Shown one piece after another: positions 10,375 through 19,712 of a stretch of 64,000 nucleotides of DNA. This DNA is from Candidatus Methylomirabilota bacterium (GTDB lineage: Bacteria > Methylomirabilota > Methylomirabilia > Rokubacteriales > DASRDR01), in contig DATAFX010000093.1 of the NCBI GenBank assembly GCA_036257195.1, positions 2,308-66,307 on the forward strand, read 5' to 3'. Position numbers and translations under genes: made by a program. Position 1 is the stretch's first letter. Each line of letters starts with the position of its first letter. Below the pieces are notes generated by a model. That model was given only the letters and a program-made list of their open reading frames with translations. It did no database searches and was not told where the DNA came from.

Positions 10375-11709
10375 GTGAGCCGACCGAGCCGCCTCGTGAG
10401 CATCCTCGTCGCGCCCCTCGTCGGCCTCGCGTGCGTGTCGGCCGGTGCACAGGAGGTTGTCGAGGCGACCCTCGACAATGGCCTGCGGGTGCTGCTCCAG
10501 GAGGACCACCGGAGCCCGGTCGCTAGCCTCCAGGTCTGGTACCGGGTCGGTTCACGCGACGAGCGGGTCGGGCTCACCGGTCTCTCGCACTACCTCGAGC
10601 ACATGATGTTCAAGGGGACCCCGACGTACGGGGTTCGGGTCTACTCCAAGCTGATCGAGACGGTCGGCGGTCAGGACAACGCCTTCACGAGCCGCGACGC
10701 CACCGTGTACCACGTGACGGTGGCCGCGAACCAGCTCGACCTCGTGCTCGCGCTCGAGGCCGACCGGATGCGGCACCTGCTCCTCGACTCCCGGGAGGTC
10801 GACTCCGAGCGGAAGGTCGTGATGGAGGAGCGCCGGACCCGCACCGAGGACGACCCGGTCGGGGCCCTCGCCGAGCTCTTCAACGCCGTCGCGTTCACGG
10901 CCCATCCGTACCGCCTGCCGACGGTCGGGTTCGCGCAGGATATCGAGCGCCTGGCGGCGGGCGACCTCCGGAGCTGGTACGACACCTACTACCGGCCGAA
11001 CAATGCCATCCTCGTCGCGGTCGGCGATTTCCGGACGGCGGAGCTTCTCGAGAAGATCCGCGCGCGCTTCGGTGCAATCCCGCGCGGCCCCGATCCGCCG
11101 CGGGTTGCGGTGACCGAGCCTGAGCAGCGCGGCGAGCGGCGGGTCTGGCTGCGGAAGGAGGCTCAGCTGCCAGTCGTGTTCGCGGGCTATTCGGCGCCCA
11201 ACCACCGCTCGGAGGACGCCTACGCGCTGGAGGTCCTGTCGGCGGTGCTTTCGGGCGGGCGGACGTCCCGCCTCTACCGACGCCTGGTGTACGAGGACCG
11301 GCTCGCGCTGGAGGCGGGTGGGGACTACGCGCGCCTCAGCCTCGACCCGGACACGTTCACCTTCTACGTGACGGTCCTGCCCGGGCGCACCGTGGAGGAG
11401 GCCGAGCGCGCCCTGCTGGCGGAGGTGGAGCGGCTGCGGACGGACCTCGTCTCGGTGGAGGAGCTTCAGCGCGCCCAGAACCAGCTGGAGGCGGCCTATC
11501 TCTTCGCTCAGGACTCCGTCGTCAGCCGGTCGGGGTCGCTCGGCCGACACGAGCTTCTAGGGGGCTGGCGCCTCCGCGACGCGTACCTGGCGGGCATCCG
11601 AGCAATCACGCGGGACGACGTGCGACGGGTGGCCGAGCGCTACCTCGTCGCGGATCGGCGCACGACGGCGATCCTGGTGCCGGTTCCGGCGGCCGCCGCC
11701 CGACCGTAG
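10375..11709 (+). CDS. M16-family zinc peptidase, catalytically competent subunit (HxxEH present), secreted
   Basis: Signal peptide MSRPSRLVSILVAPLVGLACVSAGAQ, then LDNGLRVLL...GLSHYLEHMMFKGT (inverted zincin HxxEH) and the M16 C-terminal domain. GTG start at 10375 follows a TATATACT box. Confidence 0.85.
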   Translation: MSRPSRLVSILVAPLVGLACVSAGAQEVVEATLDNGLRVLLQEDHRSPVASLQVWYRVGSRDERVGLTGLSHYLEHMMFKGTPTYGVRVYSKLIETVGGQDNAFTSRDATVYHVTVAANQLDLVLALEADRMRHLLLDSREVDSERKVVMEERRTRTEDDPVGALAELFNAVAFTAHPYRLPTVGFAQDIERLAAGDLRSWYDTYYRPNNAILVAVGDFRTAELLEKIRARFGAIPRGPDPPRVAVTEPEQRGERRVWLRKEAQLPVVFAGYSAPNHRSEDAYALEVLSAVLSGGRTSRLYRRLVYEDRLALEAGGDYARLSLDPDTFTFYVTVLPGRTVEEAERALLAEVERLRTDLVSVEELQRAQNQLEAAYLFAQDSVVSRSGSLGRHELLGGWRLRDAYLAGIRAITRDDVRRVAERYLVADRRTTAILVPVPAAAARP

Positions 11710-11719
11710 CGAGGCGACG

Positions 11720-13033
11720 ATGACCTCCTTCGGGCGGGCCCTCAGGGGCGTGATCCTCGTCGTGGTGGCCCTGGTCGGGCTGGCGGTCGCCGGGCTCTGG
11801 GCGCTCTCGAGGCGCGAACCGCACGCTACCGGTCTCACGGTGGCGGGGACGATCGAGGCTCGGGACGTGGATCTCGCGCCCAAGACGACCGCTCGCATCG
11901 TCGCGATCCGCGTCGAGGAGGGCAGCCGCGTCCGCCGAGGTGACCTTGTGATCCAGCTGGACGACGCCGAGCTAGTTGCGGAGGTAGCGCGACTCGAGGC
12001 AGGCGTGCACGTGGCGCAGGCGCAGTTGCGCGACCTGGTGGCCGGCGCGCGGAAGGAAGAGATCGCCGAGGCTCGGGCGCAAGTCGGTCGCGCCGAGGCA
12101 ACCCTGGCCGACCTCCTGGCCGGCGCGCGGAAGGAGGAGGTCCAGGCGGCGCGCCAGGTGGTGGCCCAGGCCGAGGCGCGCCAGCGGGACCTCGAGGCCG
12201 GGGCGCGAGCCCAGGAGGTCGAGCAGGCCCGGAGCGCGGTCGCCTCGGCGGAAGCGACGCGGGTGTGGACGGAGCGGGAGTACGAGCGGCTCAAGGCCCT
12301 CTACGACAAGGACCTAGTGGCGGCCGCCGACAAGGACCGTGCCTGGCAGGCGTTCGAGGTCGCGCGCCTGCAGGAGCGCACGGCGCGAGAGCAGCTCGCG
12401 CTCGTGCTCGCGGGGCCGCGGAGCCAGCAGGTCGAGGCCGCCCGCGCCGAGGTTCGCCAGGCGCGCGAGCGACTGAACCTCCTCGAGGCGGGGCCGCGCC
12501 CCGATCAGGTCGAGGCCGCTCGCGCCGAGGTCCGCGCGGCGCGCGAGCGGCTCGCGCTGATGGAGGCCGGGCCCCGGCCCGGTCAGGTCGACACGGCCCG
12601 GGCCCAGCTCGCCCAGGCCGAGGCGACGCTGGCCCAGGCGCGCGCCCGGCTGGCGGACACACGGATCGAGGCGCCGATGGACGGCGTGGTCCTGCGGAAG
12701 AACCTGGAACCCGGAGCCATCGCGTCGCCGGGCGGGGCCATCGTCACCCTGGTGGATCCGACCGACCTCTGGCTCCGGGCGTACATTGCGGAAACCGACC
12801 TCGGCCGTGTCCACGTCGGCCAGACGGCGCGCGTCACCGTGGACGCCTTCCCGGGGCAGCCGTTCCAGGGTCGCGTCAGCGAGATCGCCTCCTCGGCGGA
12901 GTTCACGCCGCGGAACGTGCAGACCCAGAAGGAGCGGGTCAACCTGGTGTTCCGGCTGAAGATCGCGATCGCCAATTCCGACGGGCGGCTCAAGCCGGGT
13001 ATGCCCGCGGACGCGGTGATCCTGACGGACTAA
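11720..13033 (+). CDS. HlyD-family membrane-fusion / periplasmic adaptor protein
   Basis: N-terminal TM anchor, then a long Ala/Arg/Glu coiled-coil with internal repeats, then a C-terminal beta-barrel (IEAPMDGVV...LKPGMPADAVI). Confidence 0.85.
   Translation: MTSFGRALRGVILVVVALVGLAVAGLWALSRREPHATGLTVAGTIEARDVDLAPKTTARIVAIRVEEGSRVRRGDLVIQLDDAELVAEVARLEAGVHVAQAQLRDLVAGARKEEIAEARAQVGRAEATLADLLAGARKEEVQAARQVVAQAEARQRDLEAGARAQEVEQARSAVASAEATRVWTEREYERLKALYDKDLVAAADKDRAWQAFEVARLQERTAREQLALVLAGPRSQQVEAARAEVRQARERLNLLEAGPRPDQVEAARAEVRAARERLALMEAGPRPGQVDTARAQLAQAEATLAQARARLADTRIEAPMDGVVLRKNLEPGAIASPGGAIVTLVDPTDLWLRAYIAETDLGRVHVGQTARVTVDAFPGQPFQGRVSEIASSAEFTPRNVQTQKERVNLVFRLKIAIANSDGRLKPGMPADAVILTD
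12410..12620 (+). repeat. About 75-nt tandem repeats (roughly 2.7 copies) inside the HlyD coiled-coil coding region
   Basis: The DNA unit gcggggccgcg..caggtcgaggccgc.cgcgccgaggt.cgc..gcgcgcgagcg.ct...ct..t.gag recurs and encodes AGPRxxQVEAARAEVRxARERLxLxE repeats. Confidence 0.5.
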
Positions 13034-13048
13034 GGGGAGGACCGACGG

Positions 13049-14542
13049 GTGGTGAGGGACGGGACGACGACGGGCCCACTGGGTGACCTCGATCCGGAGG
13101 AGTTCCGGCGGCACGCCCACGAGGCGGTGGACTGGATCGCGGGCTTCCTCGCGGCGCCGGGGCGGTACCCGGTGCTGGCCCGGGTGAAGCCCGGGGAGGT
13201 GCGCGACGCCCTGCCGGCGACGGCTCCCGACGATCCGGAGCCGCTCGACCGGATCCTAGCGGACTTCGAGCGGGTGATCCTTCCCGGCGTGACCCACTGG
13301 AACCACCCGGGCTTCTTCGCGTACTTCGCGATCAGCGGCTCCGCCCCGGGCATCCTCGGCGAGCTCCTGTGCGCCGCGCTGAACGTCAACGCGATGCTGT
13401 GGCGGACCTCCCCCGCGGCCACCGAGCTGGAAGAAGTCGTCCTCGACTGGCTGCGGCAGCTCCTCGGGCTCCCCGCCGGGTTCCGCGGCGTCATCTATGA
13501 CACCGCGTCGATCTCGACGCTCTGCGCGCTCGCCGCCGCGCGCGAGGCCGCCGGGCTCGACGTGCGCGAGCAGGGGATGGCCGGGCGCGCCGACCTCCCG
13601 CGGCTGCGCGTCTACACGTCGGAGCAGGCGCATTCCTCGGTCGAGAAGGGCGCCATCGTCCTCGGCCTGGGCCGGGGGGGAGTGCGCAAGATTCCGACGG
13701 ACGCCGAGTTCCGCATGGACCCTTCGGCGCTCTCGCGCGCGGTCGCCGAGGACCGGGCTGCGGGCTGGCGACCCATCGCGGTGTGCGCGACCATCGGGAC
13801 GACCGGGACGACCAGCGTCGACCCGGTCCCGGCGGTGGCCGACGTCGCCGCGCGTGAGGGGCTCTGGCTCCACGTCGACGCCGCCTACGGCGGGGTCGCG
13901 GCCATCCTGCCCGAGCGGCGCGAGGTGCTGGCGGGGTGCGAGCGCGCCGACTCGATCGTCGTGAACCCGCACAAGTGGCTCTTCACGCCCATCGACTGCT
14001 CCGCCCTCTTCTGCCGCCGGCCGGACGTGCTGAAGCGCGCCTTCACCCTCGTGCCCTCGTTCCTCCAGACGCCGGAGGGGAGCGCGGTCGAGAACTACAT
14101 GGACTGGGGGCCGCAGCTCGGGCGCCGCTTCCGCGCCTTGAAGCTCTGGATGGTGCTCCGGGCGTTCGGCCGGTCCGGCATCGAGGCGCGCCTGCGCGAG
14201 CACATGCGTCTCGGGCGGCTGTTCGCCGAGTGGGTCGACGGCGATCCGGACTGGGAGCGCATCGCCCCCGTTCCGTTCAGCACGGTCGTTTTCCGGCTCC
14301 GGCCCCGGGGCTGGGCGGCCGACGATTCCCGGCTCAACGGGCTGAACGAGCGGCTGCTCGAGGGTGTGAACGCCTCGGGCGACGTCTTCCTTTCCCACGT
14401 GGTCCTGGGCGGACGCTACGCGCTTCGGCTGGCCATCGGCAACATCCGGACCGAGGAGCGCCACGTGGTGCGGGCGTGGGAGATCCTCCGGGCCCAGGCG
14501 CTCCGCCTCGGCGCCCTTCCGACCCACGTCGCCGGCGCGTAG
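13049..14542 (+). CDS. PLP-dependent group II amino-acid decarboxylase (aromatic-L-amino-acid / DABA decarboxylase-like)
   Basis: 497 aa with HWNHPGFFAYF, the PLP-lysine motif NPHKW and a full-length fold. GTG start with an AAGGGGAGG ribosome-binding site. Confidence 0.9.
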   Translation: MVRDGTTTGPLGDLDPEEFRRHAHEAVDWIAGFLAAPGRYPVLARVKPGEVRDALPATAPDDPEPLDRILADFERVILPGVTHWNHPGFFAYFAISGSAPGILGELLCAALNVNAMLWRTSPAATELEEVVLDWLRQLLGLPAGFRGVIYDTASISTLCALAAAREAAGLDVREQGMAGRADLPRLRVYTSEQAHSSVEKGAIVLGLGRGGVRKIPTDAEFRMDPSALSRAVAEDRAAGWRPIAVCATIGTTGTTSVDPVPAVADVAAREGLWLHVDAAYGGVAAILPERREVLAGCERADSIVVNPHKWLFTPIDCSALFCRRPDVLKRAFTLVPSFLQTPEGSAVENYMDWGPQLGRRFRALKLWMVLRAFGRSGIEARLREHMRLGRLFAEWVDGDPDWERIAPVPFSTVVFRLRPRGWAADDSRLNGLNERLLEGVNASGDVFLSHVVLGGRYALRLAIGNIRTEERHVVRAWEILRAQALRLGALPTHVAGA

Positions 14543-14577
14543 CCGCCGGGTTCCATCGAGAATCGGCGTCGCTCGAT

Positions 14578-15546
14578 ATGGTGATGCCGGCGGAGCCCGC
14601 GGTCTTGACCGAGGGGCTCACCAAGCGCTTCGGCGCCTTCACGGCGGTCGACCACGTCGACCTCCGCGTCGAGGCGGGCGAGCTCTACGGGTTCCTCGGC
14701 CCGAACGGCGCCGGGAAGTCCACGACCCTCCGGATGCTCTGCGGCATCCTCGAGCCCAGCGAGGGGAGCGGGCGAGTCCTCGGCATCGACCTCCGCGAGG
14801 AACCCGAGCGGATCAAGGCGGCCATCGGCTACATGTCGCAGCGCTTCTCGCTCTACGACGATCTGTCGGCCGCCGAGAACCTCGTCTTCTACGCGATGGT
14901 TTACGGCGTGCCCGGACGGGCCCGCCGGGAGCGCATCGACCGGATGGTCCAGCTCGCCGACCTGGTCGGTCGCGAGGACACCCTGGCGGGTCAGCTGTCG
15001 GGCGGCTACCGCCAGCGCCTCGCGCTGGCCTGCGCGCTCGTGCACGCGCCGCGGCTGATGTTCCTCGACGAGCCGACCGCCGGCGTCGACCCGGTCTCCC
15101 GCCGCACGTTCTGGGAGCTCATCCGCCGCCTCGCCGACGGCGGCGTCACGGTGGTGGTGACGACCCACTACATGGACGAGGCCGAGCACTGCGACCGCCT
15201 GGGGTTCATCTACCAGGGACGGCTGATCGCCCAGGACACGCCCGCCGCGATCAAGACCGAGGCGTTCGGCCGACCCGTGTTCCAGGTGGAAGCGTCGGGG
15301 CCCCAGAGGGCGATCGACGTGCTGGGCGACTGGGCAGCGGTCGAGGAGGCGGTCCGCTACGGGCTCCTGGTGCGCGTTGTGGCCGCGGAGCGCGGGCTGA
15401 CCGAGGCGGCCGTGGTCGACCACCTGCGGGCGGCCGGGTTGGAGGCGACCGTCCGCGCGGTCACCCCGACGGTCGAGGATGTCTTCATCTCGTTCGTGGA
15501 CAAGGAGCGCAAGGCGCGGCTGCGACGGCAGCTCGGCGCCTTCTGA
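14578..15546 (+). CDS. ABC transporter ATP-binding protein (ABC-2 / DrrA/YbhF-like)
   Basis: Walker A GPNGAGKST, Q-loop, ABC signature LSGGYRQR, Walker B MFLDEPTAGVD, H-loop and a C-terminal extension. Confidence 0.9.
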   Translation: MVMPAEPAVLTEGLTKRFGAFTAVDHVDLRVEAGELYGFLGPNGAGKSTTLRMLCGILEPSEGSGRVLGIDLREEPERIKAAIGYMSQRFSLYDDLSAAENLVFYAMVYGVPGRARRERIDRMVQLADLVGREDTLAGQLSGGYRQRLALACALVHAPRLMFLDEPTAGVDPVSRRTFWELIRRLADGGVTVVVTTHYMDEAEHCDRLGFIYQGRLIAQDTPAAIKTEAFGRPVFQVEASGPQRAIDVLGDWAAVEEAVRYGLLVRVVAAERGLTEAAVVDHLRAAGLEATVRAVTPTVEDVFISFVDKERKARLRRQLGAF

Positions 15547-15552
15547 CCGTCT

Positions 15553-16659
15553 ATGCGCCTCCTCGGCATGATGTGGAAGGAGCTGGTGCAGCTCCGGCGC
15601 GATCCCATGTCGCTCACCCTCGCGCTCATCATCCCCGTCGCGCTCCTGTTCATCTTCGGCTACGCGATCAACACCGACGTGCGGAACCTGCCGACCGTCG
15701 TCCTCGACGAGGCCCGCGACGTCGAGTCGCAGAAGCTCCTCGAAGCGTTTGCGAACACGCGCTATTTCGCACTCCGGTTCCAGGCGCGGTCGCTCGACGA
15801 GGTGGCCCGGCTCATCGACCGGGGCGACGCCAAGGTGGGGATCGTGATCCCGCCCGACTTCTCCGAGCGGCTCCGCGGCCGCGCCGCGACGTCGATCCAA
15901 GTGATCGTGGACGCCTCGGACCCCCAGGTCGCGGTCTCCGCCGTCAACGCCGCGACCGCGCTGGGCCTCGATCGCTCGCTCGAGATCCTGCGGCGGGGCG
16001 GGGTCGGGGTCGACGCCGGCCTCGACGTCCGCATCCGCGCCTGGTACAACCCCGACCAGGAGTCGGCGCTCTTCATCGTGCCCGGCCTCATCGGCGCCCT
16101 CCTCATGCAGACGACCATCACGATCATGGCGGTCGCCGTCGTCCGGGAGCGGGAGCGCGGGACGCTCGAGGCCCTCGTCGTGAGCCCGCTGAAGCGATGG
16201 GAGATCATGCTCGGGAAGATTCTCCCGAACCTCCTCGTCGCCTACGGCCAGATGACGCTGGCCCTGGTGGTGGCGCACTACGTGTTCGCGGTGCCGATCC
16301 GGGGGAGTGTGGCTCTCCTCTACGCGGTCTCGGCCGTCTTCATGCTGGGGACGCTCGGGATCGGCATCTACGTATCCACGATGTCGCGCACCGTGCCCCA
16401 GGCGATGCAGCTGGGGTTCCTCGCCATCCTGCCGTCCATCTACCTGTCGGGGCTCCTGTTCCCTCTGGAAGGGATGCCGGAGCCGGCGCAGTACATCGCG
16501 CGGATCTTGCCCATCACGTACTTCCTGCGGGTCATCCGAGGGATCGTGCTGAAGGGCATCGGCCTGGCCGACCTGTGGCCCGATGTCTGGCCCCTGATCG
16601 CGTTCGGGGCCGTGATCTTCACCCTGGCCGTGCTGCGCTTCCGCAAGTCGCTCGACTGA
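15553..16659 (+). CDS. ABC-2 type transporter permease (YbhR/YbhS/YhhJ-like)
   Basis: 368 aa with an N-terminal TM helix, a large periplasmic domain and a C-terminal 5-TM ABC-2 domain. Confidence 0.85.
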   Translation: MRLLGMMWKELVQLRRDPMSLTLALIIPVALLFIFGYAINTDVRNLPTVVLDEARDVESQKLLEAFANTRYFALRFQARSLDEVARLIDRGDAKVGIVIPPDFSERLRGRAATSIQVIVDASDPQVAVSAVNAATALGLDRSLEILRRGGVGVDAGLDVRIRAWYNPDQESALFIVPGLIGALLMQTTITIMAVAVVRERERGTLEALVVSPLKRWEIMLGKILPNLLVAYGQMTLALVVAHYVFAVPIRGSVALLYAVSAVFMLGTLGIGIYVSTMSRTVPQAMQLGFLAILPSIYLSGLLFPLEGMPEPAQYIARILPITYFLRVIRGIVLKGIGLADLWPDVWPLIAFGAVIFTLAVLRFRKSLD

Positions 16660-16690
16660 GCGGGGCGGAGGAGACGATGGAGGACCACCC

Positions 16691-17632
16691 GTGACCCGAG
16701 GGAGCCGGCGGCCGCTGAAGGTCGGCGTGGAGCTACCGATCGCCGTGGACAAGGGGCGCCACGGCACGCCGCGCTGGTCCGAGATCAGCCTGATGGCGCG
16801 GCGCGCCGAGGAGGTCGGATTCGACTCGGTGTGGATCGAGGATCACCTGCTGTTCCGGCACCAGGGACAGAGGGACCAGGGTGTCTGGGAGGGATGGGCC
16901 GTCATCGCCGCCATCGCGGCGGTGACCTCGCGCGTCGAGATCGGCCCGCTCGTCTCGTGCATGTCGTTCCGCAATCCCGCCTACCTCGCGAAGCTGGCCG
17001 ACACCATCGAGGAGATCTCGGGAGGGCGGTTGATCTTGGGGCTCGGGGCCGGGTGGCACGAGGCTGAATACCGAGCGTTCGGCTACCCCTTCGACCATCG
17101 GGTGAGCCGTTTCGAGGAAGGGCTCCGCATCGTGCACGGGCTGCTGCGGCAGGGCCGTGTGGACTTCGTCGGACGCTATCACGAGGCGCGTGAGTGCGAG
17201 CTCCGGCCCCGCGGGCCCCGGCCCGGCGGTCCCCCGATCTTGATCGGGTCGACGGGGGAACGCATGCTGGCGCTGCTGGCCCAGTACGGGGACGTGTGGA
17301 ACGCGTACTTCACTCCGACCAAGAACCGTCCCGCAGGCGTCGCCCCGCTCCGGGAGCGGGTCGACGCGGCCTGCCGCAAGGCTGGGCGCGATCCGGGAAC
17401 GGTCGGCCGTACGGTCGCGGTGTTCGTTGACATGGCGCCAGGAAAGGGCGCGTCCCCACCGCTGCCGCCGCACTGGACCTTCGAGCCCCTGGTCGGACCG
17501 CCCGAGCGCTTGGCGGAGGAGCTCCGGGCCTACGCGCGGGAGGGTATCGATCACATGCAGCTCTGGCTCGAGCCCAACACGCTGGAGAGCCTCGAGGCGT
17601 TCGCGCCGGCCCTCGAGCTGCTGGACCGGTAG
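16691..17632 (+). CDS. Luciferase-like monooxygenase (LLM) class oxidoreductase, probably F420-dependent
   Basis: 313 aa with FDSVWIEDHL, GGRLILGLGAGW and the TIM-barrel LLM signature. Confidence 0.8.
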   Translation: MTRGSRRPLKVGVELPIAVDKGRHGTPRWSEISLMARRAEEVGFDSVWIEDHLLFRHQGQRDQGVWEGWAVIAAIAAVTSRVEIGPLVSCMSFRNPAYLAKLADTIEEISGGRLILGLGAGWHEAEYRAFGYPFDHRVSRFEEGLRIVHGLLRQGRVDFVGRYHEARECELRPRGPRPGGPPILIGSTGERMLALLAQYGDVWNAYFTPTKNRPAGVAPLRERVDAACRKAGRDPGTVGRTVAVFVDMAPGKGASPPLPPHWTFEPLVGPPERLAEELRAYAREGIDHMQLWLEPNTLESLEAFAPALELLDR

Positions 17633-17685
17633 GCGGCGCCCGGTCGGGCCGGATCGTCGACGGCGGAGACCGGTATAATGCCGCC

Positions 17686-19041
17686 ATGCGCTTCAGCGCC
17701 CTGACGTGCGTCGCCCTGGCCGCCGCCGTCGCGGCGCCGGCCGGCGCGCAAACTCTTCCCGCGTCCCCGACCGCGCCGGCGTCTCCGGCGTGGACGCGCT
17801 TCGTCCTGCCGAACGGGCTCACGGTCCTCGTCGCCGAGCGGCCGGGTATCCCGATCATCATCGCGCGGGCCTCGATCGAGGCGGGAGCGGTCCTCGACCC
17901 CCAGGACAAGGGGGGTGTCGCCAACCTGGCCGCGCTGCTCCTCACTCGCGGGAGCGCGACCCGGTCCGCGGACGAGATCGACCGCGCCATCGAGTTCGTC
18001 GGCGGGAGCCTCGAGGGGGAGGGCGGGCGAGACTCCAGCGAGGTGGTGCTCTCCGTCCTGCGGAAGGATCTGGGCCTCGGGCTCGATCTGCTCGCCGACG
18101 CGCTCCTCCGGCCCGTCTTTCCGGAGTCCGAGTTCGAGCGGCAGCGCGACGAGGTGCTGGCGTCCGTGAAGCGCTCGGAGGAGGATCCGGGAGCCGTGGC
18201 CGCCCGCGCGCTCAGGCGGCTGGTCTTCGGCGAGCACCCCTACGGGCGGCCGGCGACGGGAACCGAGGCCTCGCTCCGCTCCATCACGCGGGACGACGTC
18301 ATCGCCTTCCACCGGGCGGCCTACCGGCCCGAGCGGACGATCATCGCGGTGGCGGGCGACGTCACCGCGGCGGCGATCCGGCCCGAGCTCGAGGCGCGCC
18401 TGGGCGCCTGGTCCGTGGCGTCCCCGGCCCCGCCGGCTCCCGCGCCGGTGACCCTCGGGTTGCCCTCGCGCACCGAGCCGATTCAGCGGAGCCTCACGCA
18501 GGCCACGATCCTCTTGGGCCAGGCGACCGTGACCCGGGAGCACCCCGACTACTACCCGCTCTTGGTCGCGAGCCAGATCCTCGGTGGCGGCTCGTCCTCG
18601 CGCCTGTACGCCCGTGTCCGTGAGGAGCGGGGCCTCGCCTACAACGTGTACGCCCAGTACGCCACGGCCCGCCTCGCCGGCTACTTCCTGGTGGAGCTTC
18701 AGAGCGAGAACGCGCGGATCCGGGAAGCCCTGACCGTGCTTCGGGAAGAGCTGGTCCGCCTTCGGCGGGAGCGGGTGTCGGAGGAGGAGCTCGGGCGCGC
18801 GCGTTCGTACCTGATCGGGAGCTTCCCCCTGCGGATGGACACGGCCGGGGGCGTGTCGGATCTCCTGGTCGCGATCGAGCGGTACGGCCTCGGGCTCGAC
18901 TACCCGGCGCGCTTCCGGGCGAGCGTGGCCGCCGTCACGCGGGAGGACGTGCTCCGGGCCGTGCGGACCCACTGGGACCCCGACGGCATGAGCCTCGCGC
19001 TCGTCGGCAACCTCCGAGAGGTCGGGATCGGGAGCCCCTGA
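17686..19041 (+). CDS. M16-family peptidase, non-catalytic (no HxxEH) partner subunit, secreted
   Basis: Signal peptide MRFSALTCVALAAAVAAPAGAQ and an M16 inactive-domain fold. It has R/Y motifs and no zinc-binding HxxEH. Confidence 0.85.
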   Translation: MRFSALTCVALAAAVAAPAGAQTLPASPTAPASPAWTRFVLPNGLTVLVAERPGIPIIIARASIEAGAVLDPQDKGGVANLAALLLTRGSATRSADEIDRAIEFVGGSLEGEGGRDSSEVVLSVLRKDLGLGLDLLADALLRPVFPESEFERQRDEVLASVKRSEEDPGAVAARALRRLVFGEHPYGRPATGTEASLRSITRDDVIAFHRAAYRPERTIIAVAGDVTAAAIRPELEARLGAWSVASPAPPAPAPVTLGLPSRTEPIQRSLTQATILLGQATVTREHPDYYPLLVASQILGGGSSSRLYARVREERGLAYNVYAQYATARLAGYFLVELQSENARIREALTVLREELVRLRRERVSEEELGRARSYLIGSFPLRMDTAGGVSDLLVAIERYGLGLDYPARFRASVAAVTREDVLRAVRTHWDPDGMSLALVGNLREVGIGSP

Positions 19042-19042
19042 C

Positions 19043-19681
19043 GTGGCGCACTTCGGCGGCGGGCGTAGTCGGCCGGGAGGGACGGGGGTCCGGCGGGGGG
19101 CTCTCGTCGCGGCGCTCACCCTCGCCCTGATCGCCGCGTCGGGCGCCTCCTATCCTGTTCCGGCGCTGATCGGCGATCTGACGGAGGAGGGGATTCGCCA
19201 GGCGATCGAGGCGGGTATCGCCTCGATCACGCAAGACGAGTTCGCCGAGGAGTGGCAACTCCGGCTGCCGGGCGGCGAGGACGTGGTGGTCAGCACGCCG
19301 TTCTCCCGGCTCGCGCTCGCGGCCCGTCAGGCGGCGATCAAGGGCGAGTCGCTCACCGAGCGGCAGCGACAGGAGCAGATCGACCGGGGCAAGGGACGCA
19401 TCCAGCTTCTGGTCACGATGCACGGAGGCCCTTCCCGGAGTTTCGCCCGGTTCTATCAGCCGGTGCTCCTGGTGAACGGCCGCGAGATGAAGCCGACCTT
19501 CGTCCAGAATGAGCGGACCCCGCTGCAGCAGGAAGATGGTCGCCTCGCCGCGCGCAACGTGTACGTGTTCGCGCTCGAGGGGCTTCCGGAGAACGGCACC
19601 GTGACGCTGGTGGTGAGGGCAGCGCCTCCGGAACAGAAGGAGGTCCTGCGGGCCAAGATGGATCTGGGCAAGTTTCGCTGA
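19043..19681 (+). CDS. Hypothetical secreted/lipoprotein-like protein
   Basis: 212 aa with non-biased composition and an N-terminal hydrophobic segment (ALVAALTLALIAASGAS). It is tightly coupled to the upstream gene. The exact start is uncertain. Confidence 0.5.
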   Translation: MAHFGGGRSRPGGTGVRRGALVAALTLALIAASGASYPVPALIGDLTEEGIRQAIEAGIASITQDEFAEEWQLRLPGGEDVVVSTPFSRLALAARQAAIKGESLTERQRQEQIDRGKGRIQLLVTMHGGPSRSFARFYQPVLLVNGREMKPTFVQNERTPLQQEDGRLAARNVYVFALEGLPENGTVTLVVRAAPPEQKEVLRAKMDLGKFR

Positions 19682-19712
19682 TACGGCCTCTCGCGGAAGG
19701 AGAAGCGTCCCG

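Noticed and set aside
12040-12620. The repetitive Ala/Arg/Glu tract considered as a mobile or low-complexity insertion
   Set aside because: It encodes the coiled-coil hairpin expected of HlyD-family adaptors. It is a repeat, but a normal structural one.
14416-16767. 783-aa minus-strand ORF
   Set aside because: It lies opposite the ABC ATPase and permease genes, which have clear Walker motifs and TM helices. Its composition is an Asp/Arg/Gly-rich artefact.
17551-19119. 522-aa minus-strand ORF
   Set aside because: It is antisense to the M16 inactive subunit. Arg-rich shadow ORF.
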